Of a stretch of DNA of 64,000 bases, positions 51,028 to 63,735 are shown one piece after another. The notes below the pieces were generated by a model. The model worked only from the letters and a program-made list of their open reading frames with translations, was not told where the DNA came from and ran no database searches. The stretch covers positions 1 through 64,000 of the forward strand of contig JALDZS010000039.1 of assembly GCA_022813965.1 (NCBI GenBank), read 5' to 3'. Within the stretch, counting starts at the first letter, position 1. Each line of letters opens with the position of its first letter. The translations under genes and the position numbers were made by a program. This DNA comes from Toensbergia leucococca (Eukaryota).

Positions 51028-52592
51028 ATGTGTTCGGAAGTCAACGAGGGACCCTGGCATTTCAAGCCTGTCATTGACCTCATCTACTCCCTTTCCGCTA
51101 GAGGTCAGGACCACAATACCCAGGCCTCTCCAAGGTCATCAGATGAATTCTCAATATCCCCATCCTCGCCAGTCGCTGTTGGGGAGCAATCGCTGTTGGG
51201 GAACTTCGATAAGCTTTGGACATTTCTGGGCCAGCCGTTGGACCGTAAGCCCCCAGAAGTCAGCATTATAAATGAGCTTGATTTGAAACCCCTTCCTAGA
51301 GAGGTACTTTCCATAGAAACATCAAACGGAAAGGCCGTCAGATGGCTAGACGAAGTAAAGACGAATACTGAGGACAAATTGAATGGATGTCTATCAGACT
51401 ATCTTCCACTCACCAGAACTCAGAAGAAGGCAGAGCGAAGGAAAAAAAAGCATGAAGAGGATGACGACGACGACATGGGAATTGCAGAAAACGTGCGAAA
51501 CAGCAGTGGTAGAGAATCAAAACATGAGCTACGAATTGTGCGTCAGTCCGCGGACCGGACTGCTGTGATCCAAGAAATTCTCCATGGCAAATCTGCAGAA
51601 GTCAACGGTCTATACCCTGCTTTGCTACCCGATTCGGGTAAACTCAGCCTTTCATCTCGTTTCTCCGTCGACAACAGAGGATGGCCAGCAGCTGAACCTT
51701 TCTACCCAGAACGAGCAAAACCGTGTCTGTCAGTGGAGAAGAAAGCGGGTAGTGTAACGGCTCTCAGAAAAGCGAGATTGTTGAAGCTGCTTTACGCAAG
51801 ATTCCCGGAAGACAGAGGTTGTCTCGGCAAGCTGAGTGATGTACATTATACTAAACGTAGGGACAAGGAAGTAGCCAGTCAAGGGCTGCATGTCTTTGTT
51901 GACACTTCAAATGTAAGTGTAGTCCCGTCACTGAACTCTTGACCCCCCTAACGCCGTCCCAGATCATGATAGGATTTCAAAATCATTTGAAAGCTGCACG
52001 TGGTATTCCCGTTGCAGGTTCAATGAAGCGCCAACCATTTTCTTTTCACAATTTCTCACTAATTCTAGAACGAGGCCGGCCCACCGTAAAGCGTGTCCTC
52101 GTCGGTTCGGACAATTTCCCCGCCATCCAAGAAGCCAAAGCAATTGGTTACCAAACAAACATACTCGACAGAGTACGAAAAGCCAGGGAGCTTACTCCCC
52201 GGCAAATTAAATATCGACACGCCAACAATGGCACCGGCACCTCGGGCGCATCCAGCGGCTCTGAAACGAACGCTATTGCCCATGCGCGCGAGAAATGGGG
52301 CGAGCAGGCTGTGGACGAAATTCTACACCTGAAGATCTTGGAGAGCATTGTTGACGCCAAGGAGCCCTCAACCATCGTCCTGGCTACCGGCGACGCGGCC
52401 GAGGCGGAGTATTCCGAGGGGTTTTTGAAAATGGTGGAGCGGGCGCTGGAGAAGGGATGGAAAGTAGAGCTTGTGAGTTTCCGGCATAATATTAGTGGCA
52501 TGTATCGAAGGAAGGAATTTAGGACGCGATGGGATAAAATGTTTTGCATCATCGAGTTGGATGAATTTGCGGAGGAGCTGTTGGGTTCTTGA
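51028..52592 (+). CDS. Fungal PIN/NYN (LabA-like) domain protein, 2 exons
   Basis: Spliced HVFVDTSN|IMIGF (intron 51913-51962), KRVLVGS, EQAVDEILHLKILES, IVLATGD, GWKVELVSF; disordered N-terminal half. Confidence 0.8.
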
Positions 52593-53280
52593 AGGAAGGC
52601 CGTTTTGGGCTTTTTTTTTATCATGTTTGACGGCTTTGAACGTCTTTTTTTCTGGGTTTAAATTTGAAGAGAGAATACACGTGCGACGGGGGGAAGTGCA
52701 CGCATGAGAATAGAGAGCACAGCGAAAGAAGAAGCTGTGTTCGAGACAAACGACACTGAGGATTACTACACCCACCCTCCACAACAACGGCACTCACGAC
52801 CCCGAGGGCGGATACCCACCGCCTTCCCAATCTTCTCCTCACAATTCGAGAAGGTCCAAAGATCTCGGCGCCTTGGGCATGTCTCGTCTTATTGCCACGC
52901 GAATTTCCTCTGCATCCACCCAAAACAACATCATTCATTCATGGGCTTCGAGTGGCTACGCTTGCTTGGTAGTTTACCTCAAGTCTGTTGGAGAAGAATA
53001 AGGAACCTTTGAGTTTTCGGCTTCTCTAGCATTGGGAATTGCGTGTTGCACGCAACAATAACGTCTTCTAGATAGTGATGAAGCCATTTTCCTGCTTGAA
53101 GGAGTTTTGATTATATTAAGTTTGTGGGACATGATCAGTGCAAAACCTCGATGAAGAAGGCATCGTTATATTCGTTGTCTGGATGATCATCTATATACAC
53201 CACCATTTGTACATCCACATCATAAGCCCTCTTAAAACACCGCGCAATGATGCAGAAAATCCCTCCAAATAAACCCCTCG

Positions 53281-55043
53281 TCAATGATGCCCACCCTCCC
53301 CCTTTAGACTCATTACCCGCTGACACTCCGCCAAAATAGCCGCCTGCCTCCCCACCTCGCCCAATCGTCCAATAACCTCGCGATTTCCATCGACGAACCC
53401 ATACAATGCGTACGGAATCCCCACCTCCTTACAAAACTCGCGAACCAGCTTCTGTGTTCGTCGTAAATTATGCCGCGGGATGCGCGGGTACAGGTGATGC
53501 ACCGCCTGGAACTGCAAGCCGCCGTGGAAAAAGTCGAGCCACTCGGGACAATCGACGTCCATGGTGGTGCGAAGCATTTTCTGGGGGAAGGACTCGTGCA
53601 CGCCCAGGTCGGCCGTGCTCATGGCGAAGTGGCTGAGGGTGATTTGCACATGCAGAGGGCCGGTGATCATGTGGCAGATCAGGACGAAGGCGAGGCGGCT
53701 GCTAGCCGTGGGGATGGTTCTGTAGACGAGGAAGTAACCGAACCAAGTCCAGAAGAAGAGTTGGCCGGTTATTTCTAGCCAACGGTGCCACCAGGCGGGG
53801 CCCTGTTTGGGGCCTTGGCCTAGGAGAAGATATTCCCAGCTCAGGCGGTAGAGATTGAAACGACCGAGGGTGAGGATGGGGTAGTAGAGGTAGTGCTGGT
53901 ATTGGATCACAAATTTAGCGAAGGGGTCGTAGGTCATTATACGGTCATAGTAGGTACTTCGGAGGGAGGAGAGGAAGCGGTGCGAGATGGCAAAGAAGGG
54001 CATGTGTTCTATGTCCGGGTCATGTTCGGGGGAATTGGTAACAATATGGTGGACGTTGTGGTTGCGTTTCCACCAGCCTATACTAAGTCCTCCGAGGAAA
54101 TCGGCAATGAGGATGCCGATGACGGTATCGGTTTGAAACCCATGGGTTATGCCCATGTGGCCTGCGTCGTGGACTGTGAAGGCTAATTGGTGCCAGAACA
54201 TGCCGAGGAAGAGAGCGCTAGCGCTGAACCAGCCCCGTTGTAGACAGAGAGAGCACATTGTGACGAGAAAAGTATACCGGCAGAACTCGATTAGGTAGGA
54301 GGTGTAGTTACATTGGTAAAGACCCTCTGTACGAATTCGATCATTGAGAAGACGGTATCGTTGTACAATGTCATCTTGCGTAGCGGGATCCAAGGCTGGG
54401 TATTTTGCGAGGTCGAGGTCGATCTCTTTCTGGGTGTAAGCATCAAAATGGGAGAGCTTGTTCGAATCATTGGTGTTGTCTGGCTCCATGGACGATATCG
54501 AGGATACAGAAGAAATTTCATAGAGGTCTGACGTGCTACTACCTCTTCTATGCCTGACTTCATTGGGCCATTTCACTGCATCAAAGACTGGCGAAGCTGC
54601 TGGAGAGCTACTTTGACTTGATGATGCTTGATCAGGATCATCTCCCTCGACCGTTCCCTCCTCTTCAACATATGGCCTGAACTGTCCGCCTTGGATCGGG
54701 GGAAGGAAGTTGACCCAACGACAATCAGTTCGACCGATCTGGTAACAGCTCATACGCTGGCGTGCTTCTGGTGAATGCAAACTACGTGTATTAGTTGTGA
54801 AGTTAGGGTGAAACTGAGTGACATGACATACGCGTTGACCTCGTCGGTAGCATCTCGGCCGACCATATGCATAATGGCCTTGTCACCGCCAGGGTGGTAC
54901 TTGAGCCATGCATCTACCTTGAGTACCTTACCGTCGACAATTATAATTGTTCTTCCGTCGGCGATCAGACCTTCGATCTGTCTCCGGGACAAGATGGCCT
55001 CTTTCCTGGACATTGGGCTTAATGGTTGTTTGAAGGGAGCCAT
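53281..55043 (-). CDS. SLD1: Cytochrome b5-fused delta-8 sphingolipid desaturase, 2 exons
   Basis: b5 motif HPGG and GRDATD; His boxes HDAGH, HNVHH and QAVHH; QITLSHFAM and DFFHGGLQFQ. Confidence 0.9.
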
Positions 55044-55425
55044 GGCTAACGAGGGGAATTCAGCTCTTCAATTGAAATAGCGGGCCTCGATTGATTGAAT
55101 CATCGTTGGTGTCGTTGAAGGTTCAATGACCCGAACTAAGCCCTATTTGGAATATTCTATTCGAGGGGTTGAAATCTGCCAACAGCCTCGCTCCTGCCAC
55201 CTTGAAATTTGGATCGATTGATTATTCTTTTATTTATTCATTTATTTATTTACCGAACGGATACCACTCGTACGTTACGAAAAGCATTCTGGAACAATTT
55301 GAATTCCATCCCTCCATCAACGTAAGATGTTTCTGATGCATTGAGGATTTTGTATCTACGGGTGTCATTAGTACCTTTAGAAAGACTTTCATCTCCTTGA
55401 CCTTGGCCCCAGCATTCAGCACCAA

Positions 55426-57421
55426 ATGGCGTTGATGACCGATCACTTCCTCCCAACAGTTCCCCCTATCACTAATTATGTTTGCTCTGTGCCTCGTCTC
55501 AACGCACTGGCGAAGGAATGGCTACGCTTGGATCAGGTATGGAGCATCGATGACTACCGCTCTTAATAGGTGCCTGCTCCTGATACCAGGAAGGACAAAA
55601 GCACCAGGGCTGAGATTGAGGACTTGCTCTTGGAGGACGACACCAGAGAATTGTCCAAACGACTCGAGACTAGTGAGCAAATGCCTTGTCTGTTGGCCTC
55701 TTTGCTGAAACTACACCCAGGGATTGCATTTGGTACAGCTGGCCTAAGAGCTCGTGTGCAAGCCGGCTTCTCTCGCATCAATAGTCTTACTGTTATACAA
55801 ACATCTCAAGGTCTTGCTGAGTATCTTTCCAAAGAAATTCCAGGAGCAGAAAAGGCAGGCATTGTAATTGGCCGTGATGACCGACACGGTTCCACGAAAT
55901 TCTCACATCTCGCTGCGGCTGCCTTCATCGCCAAGGGCTTCAAAGTCTGGTGGTATGAAAACATCGTTCACACCCCTTTAGTACCGTTTGCTGTCAAGCA
56001 TCTTGGTGCGGCTGCCGGAGTTATGATTACTGCCAGTCATAATCCAGCACAGGACAACGGCTACAAGGTGTATGGATCGAATGGGTGCCAGATTAATTCC
56101 CCAGCAGACGCTGCGATTGCTGCCTCGATTTTACAGAATCAAAAACCCTTCAGATGGGCATGGGAGGTATGGGGTGAACACCCACTTAAAGAAGGGATCT
56201 TAGAACCAATGATGCACGAATACATAAAGAAAATCTGCGAATTAGTGAACCCTCATTTTGACGATAAGCGGGCGAGGGTCCCATTTGTATATACGCCACT
56301 GCACGGTGTCGGTTTCCGCTTTATGGCAGCCGCTATGAACCAGGTTCAGCTTCGTACGAAAATGACTGTAGTCGAAGCGCAGAGTCAACCTGACCCAGAC
56401 TTTCCGACTGTGAAATATCCCAATCCCGAGGAACAGGGCGCGTTGACTTTTGCAATATCAGTTGCTCGAACACTGGATATCTCTCTCGTTCTGGCAAATG
56501 ACCCTGATGCAGATCGCTTTTCTGCTGCAGAGGTGACCGAAAGTGGCTGGCTGCAATTCACAGGAGACCAAATTGGGGTACTCCTTGGGTGCTATGTACT
56601 CACTCTCATGAATTCCGAGGAAATTCAAAATTGCGTCATGTTGACTTCCGCAGTATCATCGTACATGCTCGCTGAGATTGCAGCCACAAAAGGATTCCAG
56701 GTTGTCGAAACTCTCACAGGGTTCAAATGGCTTGGAAGCATTGCACTAGATCTGGAGAAGCAGGGAAAGAAGGTTTGCTTTGCTTATGAGGAAGCGCTAG
56801 GTTATATGTTTCCAGGAGTGGTCCAAGACAAGGACGGCATTGCAGCAGCGGCCATGTTTCTTAGTGCAGTTTCTGAATGGGGGTCACCTAGGGAGAAAAT
56901 GAGACAATTGTACGAGGAGTACGGGTGGTTCGTACCCAAAAACACTTATTGGAGGTCTCCGGATATATATACAACTCAGGAAATATTCAAAAAAATACGA
57001 AGTCTGGGCAGTCCTTTTCCAGTCTCTCTTGCCGAAAGGAAAGTCTTGCGGTGGCGAGATCTCACCACGGGTTATGACTCGGCCACTCCTGATAATATTC
57101 CTGTTTTGCCTTGTTCCAAAAGCAGTCAGATGATTACGTGCTGGTTAGATGGATTTTTGGGAGATGAAGGCATCCGTTTCACTGTCAGAGCATCGGGTAC
57201 GGAGCCTAAGATCAAGAGTATGTATCACTCTAGAAAATCAAAAGTATTGAGTGGCTGACAATGATTTTCTAGTCTACGTTGAATGTCATAGCAAACAGGA
57301 AGACACGGCGACAGAGGGAGCTTTACAGGCACTGTCATGGTTAAGCCAAGAATGGTTTAGCGACCCTCGTCTTGCAATAGAAGAGAAATTTTATCACTTG
57401 ACGGAGCGGCCTGCTGCATGA
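55426..57421 (+). CDS. Phosphoglucomutase-2/phosphoribomutase-type alpha-D-phosphohexomutase (Prm15/Pgm3-like), 4 exons
   Basis: EWLRLDQ, IAFGTAGLRA, ITASHNPAQDNGYK (phospho-Ser), DPDADRF (metal), YEEALGY, RASGTEPKIK. Confidence 0.9.
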
Positions 57422-57799
57422 GGCATGTTCGACAATCTTCCATCATGGTCTTATCTACGCTTTCTTGCATGGTTTGCGACTCGAAGCAGATTGAGGTGCA
57501 GACCATGTGGTACACGCCTTGAGCTGCAGCAAGCTTCTGTCTCATTGCTTAGCCATTCTGTATCTTAGAGCTTTGAAAGCCTTATCGGCAGCTCAGGTTT
57601 GCCGCCTCAACAGCAAACTTTTAGCGTCATCGGATTATCCGGCCCCTTTCGCATCAGGGGTCTTAGCTTTTGCTCCACGGCTTAGTATAAATCAATCTTA
57701 TATCTCACGAAACCCCAATCTTCATCTGCACTGCACCTTGATATCGTTAACACGACTTTGAAGCTCGATCAACCCGATCACTATACTCGTTGACTCACC

Positions 57800-58257
57800 A
57801 TGTCATTTCCTAGCTACGACGATCGTTACACGTACCCACACAATGATCGTAGCTACGGCAGCACCTACGAGCGGAGCTATTATCCCTCATACCACGGCAA
57901 CAGAACCTACGCTCCACCACCGCGGCGCTCGTCCCTTTATTGCGGGACCACCGCCAATCCTTACACCAGCAGACGTGGCACCCAGTAAGCTCCCCCCACA
58001 TCACATCCCTCCCATTCAAAAGCTTCCGAACTCAAAAGACAAAAAATACCAGTGCCACTCCTCGTCGCGGGCATCTAGATCGCCATGGTTCTGAATCCTA
58101 TGGTCTTGGTCGGTATGGCCCTGCGGCTTATGACTATGGGGGTTACGATAGGAGAAGTTTTGGCTCGATGGATGGGCCGCGTTATGGAGGCGGCTGCGGC
58201 GGCGGTGGGGGCGGCGGCTACAGCCGAGGTCGGTGTGGTTATGGGGATTTCTTGTGA
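57800..58257 (+). CDS. Small (~129 aa) Tyr/Gly/Arg/Ser-rich low-complexity hypothetical protein, 2 exons
   Basis: CACCATG start, TATAAA at ~57686; intron 57985-58052 (GTAAGC..CAG) joins two ORFs of similar composition in frame. Confidence 0.6.
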
Positions 58258-58560
58258 GGGGGTGCGAGTGAGGCGCGGGTTTTTTTTTTTTCGGTTGTGA
58301 GACTTGTGAGAGTTGGTGTCTTTGTTTTGCAGGTTTGGATATTTTGGGTTGATTGCGTGTTTGTGCTGGTGTTTGGGTTAGAAAGTGCTTTTGTTTCTTT
58401 TAAGGTATCCTTTTTTTTTTCTTTTTTTTTTTGATTTTTTTTTGGAGGGGGGCCTTGTGATGTAGGTGTGGCCTTTTTTGTGGGTGTGAGGTCAGCTGTT
58501 GCCATTTTGAGTTCTTGAATGTGAGGTTTTTTTGAGTGTAACAGTATGAGTGTGCAGGGT

Positions 58561-58584
58561 TGAATGTGAATGTGAATGTGAATG
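58561..58584. repeat. (TGAATG)4 microsatellite
   Basis: Read directly. Confidence 0.85.
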
Positions 58585-60045
58585 TACTCATTGAAAAATG
58601 ATGCGAAGAGAGTAATCATACAAAAAAATAAGGTACACTCTAAATGTGTAAATTGATAGCTATTGATTCAAGTCTTTTAATTTGATTTTTTTTCAAGGTG
58701 AAGCTTGAGTTTGTGTGAAATCTTGGTAACTTGTTTAGGGGGGGTTTTAAGGCAGGAATGATTTCCGGTTGGGGACAGGGTCGCTCAGGTGGAATAAAGT
58801 GGTTTCTTTCCAATATTTTGAAATTCTCTTTTAAGCTTTTCGGGCTTCATGAGTTTGTGGTGAGGGGGGGTGAGGGGGGGGGCTTGGGATGTTAGGTAAG
58901 GAGTTGAAACCTATGGGTTTCTTGAACCTTTTTAAACATGACTCGCACCAAAGATTCTTGGTTTGGATGATGCGCTGGATTCTGTATTATGCTCTTGGCT
59001 GAAGTATGAAAGTTATATCCATCTACTCTTCATAATTGAATTAGTTTTTAGAACCTAAATATACTGTTTCCCCTCCTCCATATGGTGTTTCTATTACTGA
59101 TTCTGGAAGAGCAACAGAAATGCCACTCGGTCCCTTTTTTTTTTCTGCTTTCCATTGGTGGTTGGTCCGGGTGGGGTTTTCGGGAGGGGAGATGGGAATG
59201 GGGAGGAAAGGGGAAGGTGGGGTAGGAGTGGAGGAACCGCCCCGCAGGGGGAAGGGGAAGTGGATGATGGCGGCTTCTTTCGGCAGCGCATTTGAAATCG
59301 TATCGTGTCACAGTGCGAGATTCGGCGAATGAGCTGACATGAGGAATGTTGCGAGACTTGGATAAGAGTCAACAGCTTTCGATAAGGGGGATGACGGATA
59401 CAATAGGTGGGGGCGTGTAGCGAATTGGGTCTCGGATTACCCATGCTGTATCAATAATTGTGTTTCGTAGCCTTTGCGACGCCGAGAAGCCATGGCTGTG
59501 CTTCGTCTCGTCACGTGGTCCTGATTAGTCAGAAGATGTGTTTGTTGGAAAATTGAATTTTTCACGTTGGTGAATGGGCTTTGGGGAGCTGAAAATAATG
59601 TGCTGCCCGCTGCTCGTAGTCAGGCTTGAGTCTATTAGTACATGCTGAGGAGATGGATGCAGTGTTGACTCACGTTTCCATTGATTTTGGGGTGTTCGGA
59701 AGTCGCTTTTCCTTTAGACTTGCCGTGTGTGGGCAGGGAGTCTAGCAAAGAGCTACTGGTGTAGTATGCTTGAGAGAACTCCATTAGTCTGTGTTGAAGC
59801 GGTATTACTGGATTTCGGAATATCTCACAACACTCAATCTGCTCCCTCGGTTGACTTCACTGCTATGACTAATCTGCATGCCAGTGTGGCAACGATTAAT
59901 CAACCATAGAGATTATCCGCAAGCAGCCGAATCTGCAGTAAAATTCGTAAAAAGTATGGAACACTGTCGAACAGGTCTGCATTCTTGTCAGACGTTAACA
60001 TAGTCTCTCCTGGTGATTCGCCCGCTCTGGCAAGAAACTGATTAT

Positions 60046-61218
60046 CTAGTTAAGACGCCCGTACTTGTCTATAACAGGGAGAGACATCGGTAACAACGCC
60101 GTAGCAATGGCAATATTTTCCATAAAAGGATCATCATTTGGACTCTCTAAACTTAAAGTGTCCAGTGGTGAAAAGAATGAATTCGGGAAATGGGGGCCGA
60201 GAACCCCATGAAGTGGTGTAGGAGCCTGAAATTGGGTCCAGGTGGATATATCTGATGAGCCCGAAGTTGTTGTCGGTGAGGCGTACGACTGATAACAAGA
60301 CTTCAGGGGAGTGAGCTGCACCGGTAAGCTCTCCTCAGGAGGAAAATAAGAAGACTGGGCAAATTGAGATTGCTCGTAATCCAGTAGAGATGAATCCCAG
60401 CTGGTAGGAGTGTAGGGGGTTAATTCATTAGAAGCAGACAAGCCACGGGAAAGCCTAGGGGTTGTACCACGCGGATTCGATGTGGGTGGCGCCTGTGGAG
60501 TCTGGCCAAATAAGTACACGAAGTCATTTCGAAGACTCGGACTGATGATTGAATGGCTGGCGTCTATGGACTGATGGTCAATTAGCATCTCCGCTGCTCG
60601 TAATTCCCTAGGGGTACAGACAGAAGATGTCGAATCTGCTGGACTCGGGCCCGCGTCAGATGCCTGACTGCTAGAATGCTGACGCCGACGGCTTCTTGCA
60701 GAGCAGGCTTCGACTGGTACTCCATGTCTACGTTGTTAGTGTTTTCGTTATGGGCAACATATGAAGAATTACTGACTGCTTCTGCATATGCCGTGCCAAC
60801 AAATCTCCGCGCTGAAAAGGTCTTTGACACTTCTCAATCCCACACCTGTAGAGGGGCTCGGAGCTATGGTTAGCCTCATGGCGTCTGCAGAGTAGTAAGT
60901 ATCGAAGAAGCAAACTCTAAGAGTCGCTATTGCAAGCCTACTTGCGATGCTCTGCCCGAGTAAAAACCTAGGTAGTCGTCAGTGAATACGGTAGTGATTG
61001 AAGCTGGAAGTCTATACTTTGGGACAACCCGGATACTCGCAAGCATGGACTTTTCTGCCCTTCTTGGACTTACTGATGCGGTGCGTTGTCGGCGTGTAGA
61101 TGCACTCTTCATCGGCGCCATTAAGTTCAGGCATAGCAACCGTTGATATCGGAGACTCGAGACTAATGGGTTCTAAAAATACGAGCTTTGACTGTAAATC
61201 GGAGGGGTCGCTGGACAT
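60046..61218 (-). CDS. C2H2 zinc-finger transcription factor (two fingers), at least 4 exons; 3' end uncertain
   Basis: YTPTTHRISKSKKGRKVHACEYPGCPK|VFTRAEHRK|RHEANH and YRCGIEKCQRPFQRGDLLARHMQKQ|H, followed by an S/P-rich region. Confidence 0.85.
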
Positions 61219-63735
61219 TGCTGGCCGCAAAACACTTCTTATAAGAACATGTGGCAAAAGCCTTGTCTGTCTAGGATTGCTAGGAAATGCCAACGTCTTG
61301 TTTGAATAGGACAAAATTCCAGAGGCAGGAACATTGTACGCTTGTATTATTCGAGGTTTCGAGGTCCTGGAGCGCACCGGCTTTAGAATAGCCTCGGTGA
61401 TGGTGTATATGTCCGAATGCAGTAAGCGATGTAGGCTCCAATATTGGCGCGGGGGGTGTATCCGGCGATACGTAGTATCAACAAGGGATGAACCTCGCTT
61501 GATCTACTCCTCCATGGCATGATGACGAGGCATTATCCATAGAATTACTCGGCAGAACACAGGAGCGAAAGTGGCATTGGGGCGCGGTTCTTGCGCTATA
61601 TCGGTCAGTGTGTATAGTTGCTGACAGTGAAATGAGACAGTCTTGAGACAACTATAAAGCTGAAGCGAGGCAGGGGCTGGTCAGATGCCCGGCATAAGAC
61701 TGGTATGGAACAAAAGTCTAAGAAATGTAGCGTCTTGGTGGAATGGTCGGCGGAGCACGCTGCCAATATCAGGAGCATCTCGTGTAACGATTATCCTGAT
61801 AGATGCCTTGATCAGCGGGTTTCCGGCAATTCGACAAGCCTTCCTTTCCACTGGGCGAGTCGGGTATTCTTGTCGCGGCTGAACAGAGAGGCATCGGCTA
61901 CTCTGTCAGACATGGACGATCTGAGATCTGGGGTTGTATGTGAGCATGCCCTAATGTTTTAAATGCAACGATGATCCCTTCGCTGCATCGGAAAAGGAAT
62001 GATGACATGGCACAGGAACGGGGGCTTTCCGGGCTTCACGAAAGTCGTGGCTCGAGAAAGACCCTTCCCGTAAAGCGTGCATTTGATCAAATGGTGGTCC
62101 AGGGCTAAGGTCAGTCTGTCCAACATTCTGATCTCGCACGAGTCAGATGCAAGCGAGAACCAATGTGCTTAAGAAGTGGTGTCACTGGTGTGGGCATAAC
62201 GTGCATTAGGCTGGCTATTTCGGGGTCAGCCCTGTGCGCACGCGGAGTAGGTACCACTTCGGGAATCGGGTTCGCCATGCTCTCTCGCGTGTCTAGTGTC
62301 TAGGGAAGGGTTGAAGTGCATGGGTAACAGTACGAATCGTTGGGGCGTTGGCGATTGTGACGCTGAGCTCTCACTCTCAATTCCTGGGCACGCTGGGCAG
62401 CTGAGCTGTTTGAGAATCAGCGATCAGGGGCCGCGCACCATTCGGCATTTCTCCAGCCCACGGGACATAAGTGCCGAAGGCGTCCACCGTCTTGCCGTCC
62501 CCATGAAACGTTTCCTCGTTTGCCTTTCGCCTGGTGCCTCTGATGGACTAGTACATAGTAGGCTCTTGGCAATTGCGGGAGTGGAACCATGGAACCGTTG
62601 GACCGGTGACGAAGGCTGAATTGATGGTGTGTATTGGGACTTGGGACAGCCCTAATCCATAAGCGACATTACACCAAACATTACCTCCCTCCTTCCTCCG
62701 TATTCTATTCTACCCCGGTATGGGTCTTCCCGACGCTAAGGTCATGGCTTTTGGGGCCTTCCACCATGTGCCATTTCCGATGCAGTGTAACACTCGCAAT
62801 GGCCATTGGGTCATCGTTTGCGAGCTAGAACAAAGGTCGCTGAATGCGCCGATCTCTCAGTCGATATGTTTCAGCTCCCTAAAGCTTGGTCCGACTCGCA
62901 TCAGATCCTCATGTGGCTGAAACAATGTACCTACAGCATTCTATTTCCAAACATGTGTGTTCCCTTTAACATGGCATCCGATTGTCTCCCATCGTCAGCT
63001 TATGATGCAGAGACAGACCAATCCAATTTGGTCACATTGTCAATCTGACATATTCTCCCGTCCCGGCAGATGAGCCGTCATTTCTCAATAAAGTCTATTT
63101 GATCCTCGGTTAGGGTAGGTAGACACCAAAGCTGCCATTACCAAGATTAGTCCAACTTTTCCAACAAGCACGTACAATCGACAGGAATAATATTCCTTCC
63201 AGCATGCAGGAACCCAAGCTGACCTTCGGATCCCTGGCTGCTCACTTCTCTAACAAGGATGCCCGATGCAAGGAACAGTGTTGGGGAATGTTAAGTATAT
63301 TGCCATTGTCATGACTGTCGTAGACCCCTGGATGCCAATAACACCGAATCCAGCTCGACTCACCCCAGGCACTTCGTTGAAATCCTCAGTCATCATCGTC
63401 GCTGTTGTAACGCTATCTGAAGAGCAAAACTATACAGCACATGTTGATAGATCCTTGAAAAAGGAACTGATTTTAGAATACCAGAAAAGAACAGTTAACA
63501 TGACGTGGTAAAGTTCAGCAAACAAATTAACAGCAGAGGTACAGATAATCCGACAGACGTCTCCAGTAAAGGCCACATACACCAACGACGCCAAGTGAGA
63601 TGGACCAATTCACGAAAAAAACGAATGAGTGTCCTTTATATATCCAGCCGAAATAGTCCAAATATGTCCCATGCCCCAAATTCCGGTATAAATGCTCATC
63701 TCGCGTAATTCTATCCAATTCAAGTATCATTGTTC

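Noticed and set aside
27700..57440. Stop-codon readthrough giving cryptic PTS1 signals in the peroxiredoxin or phosphomutase genes
   Set aside because: The stops lack the TGA-CTA readthrough context, and the peroxiredoxin extension does not end in an SKL-like tripeptide.
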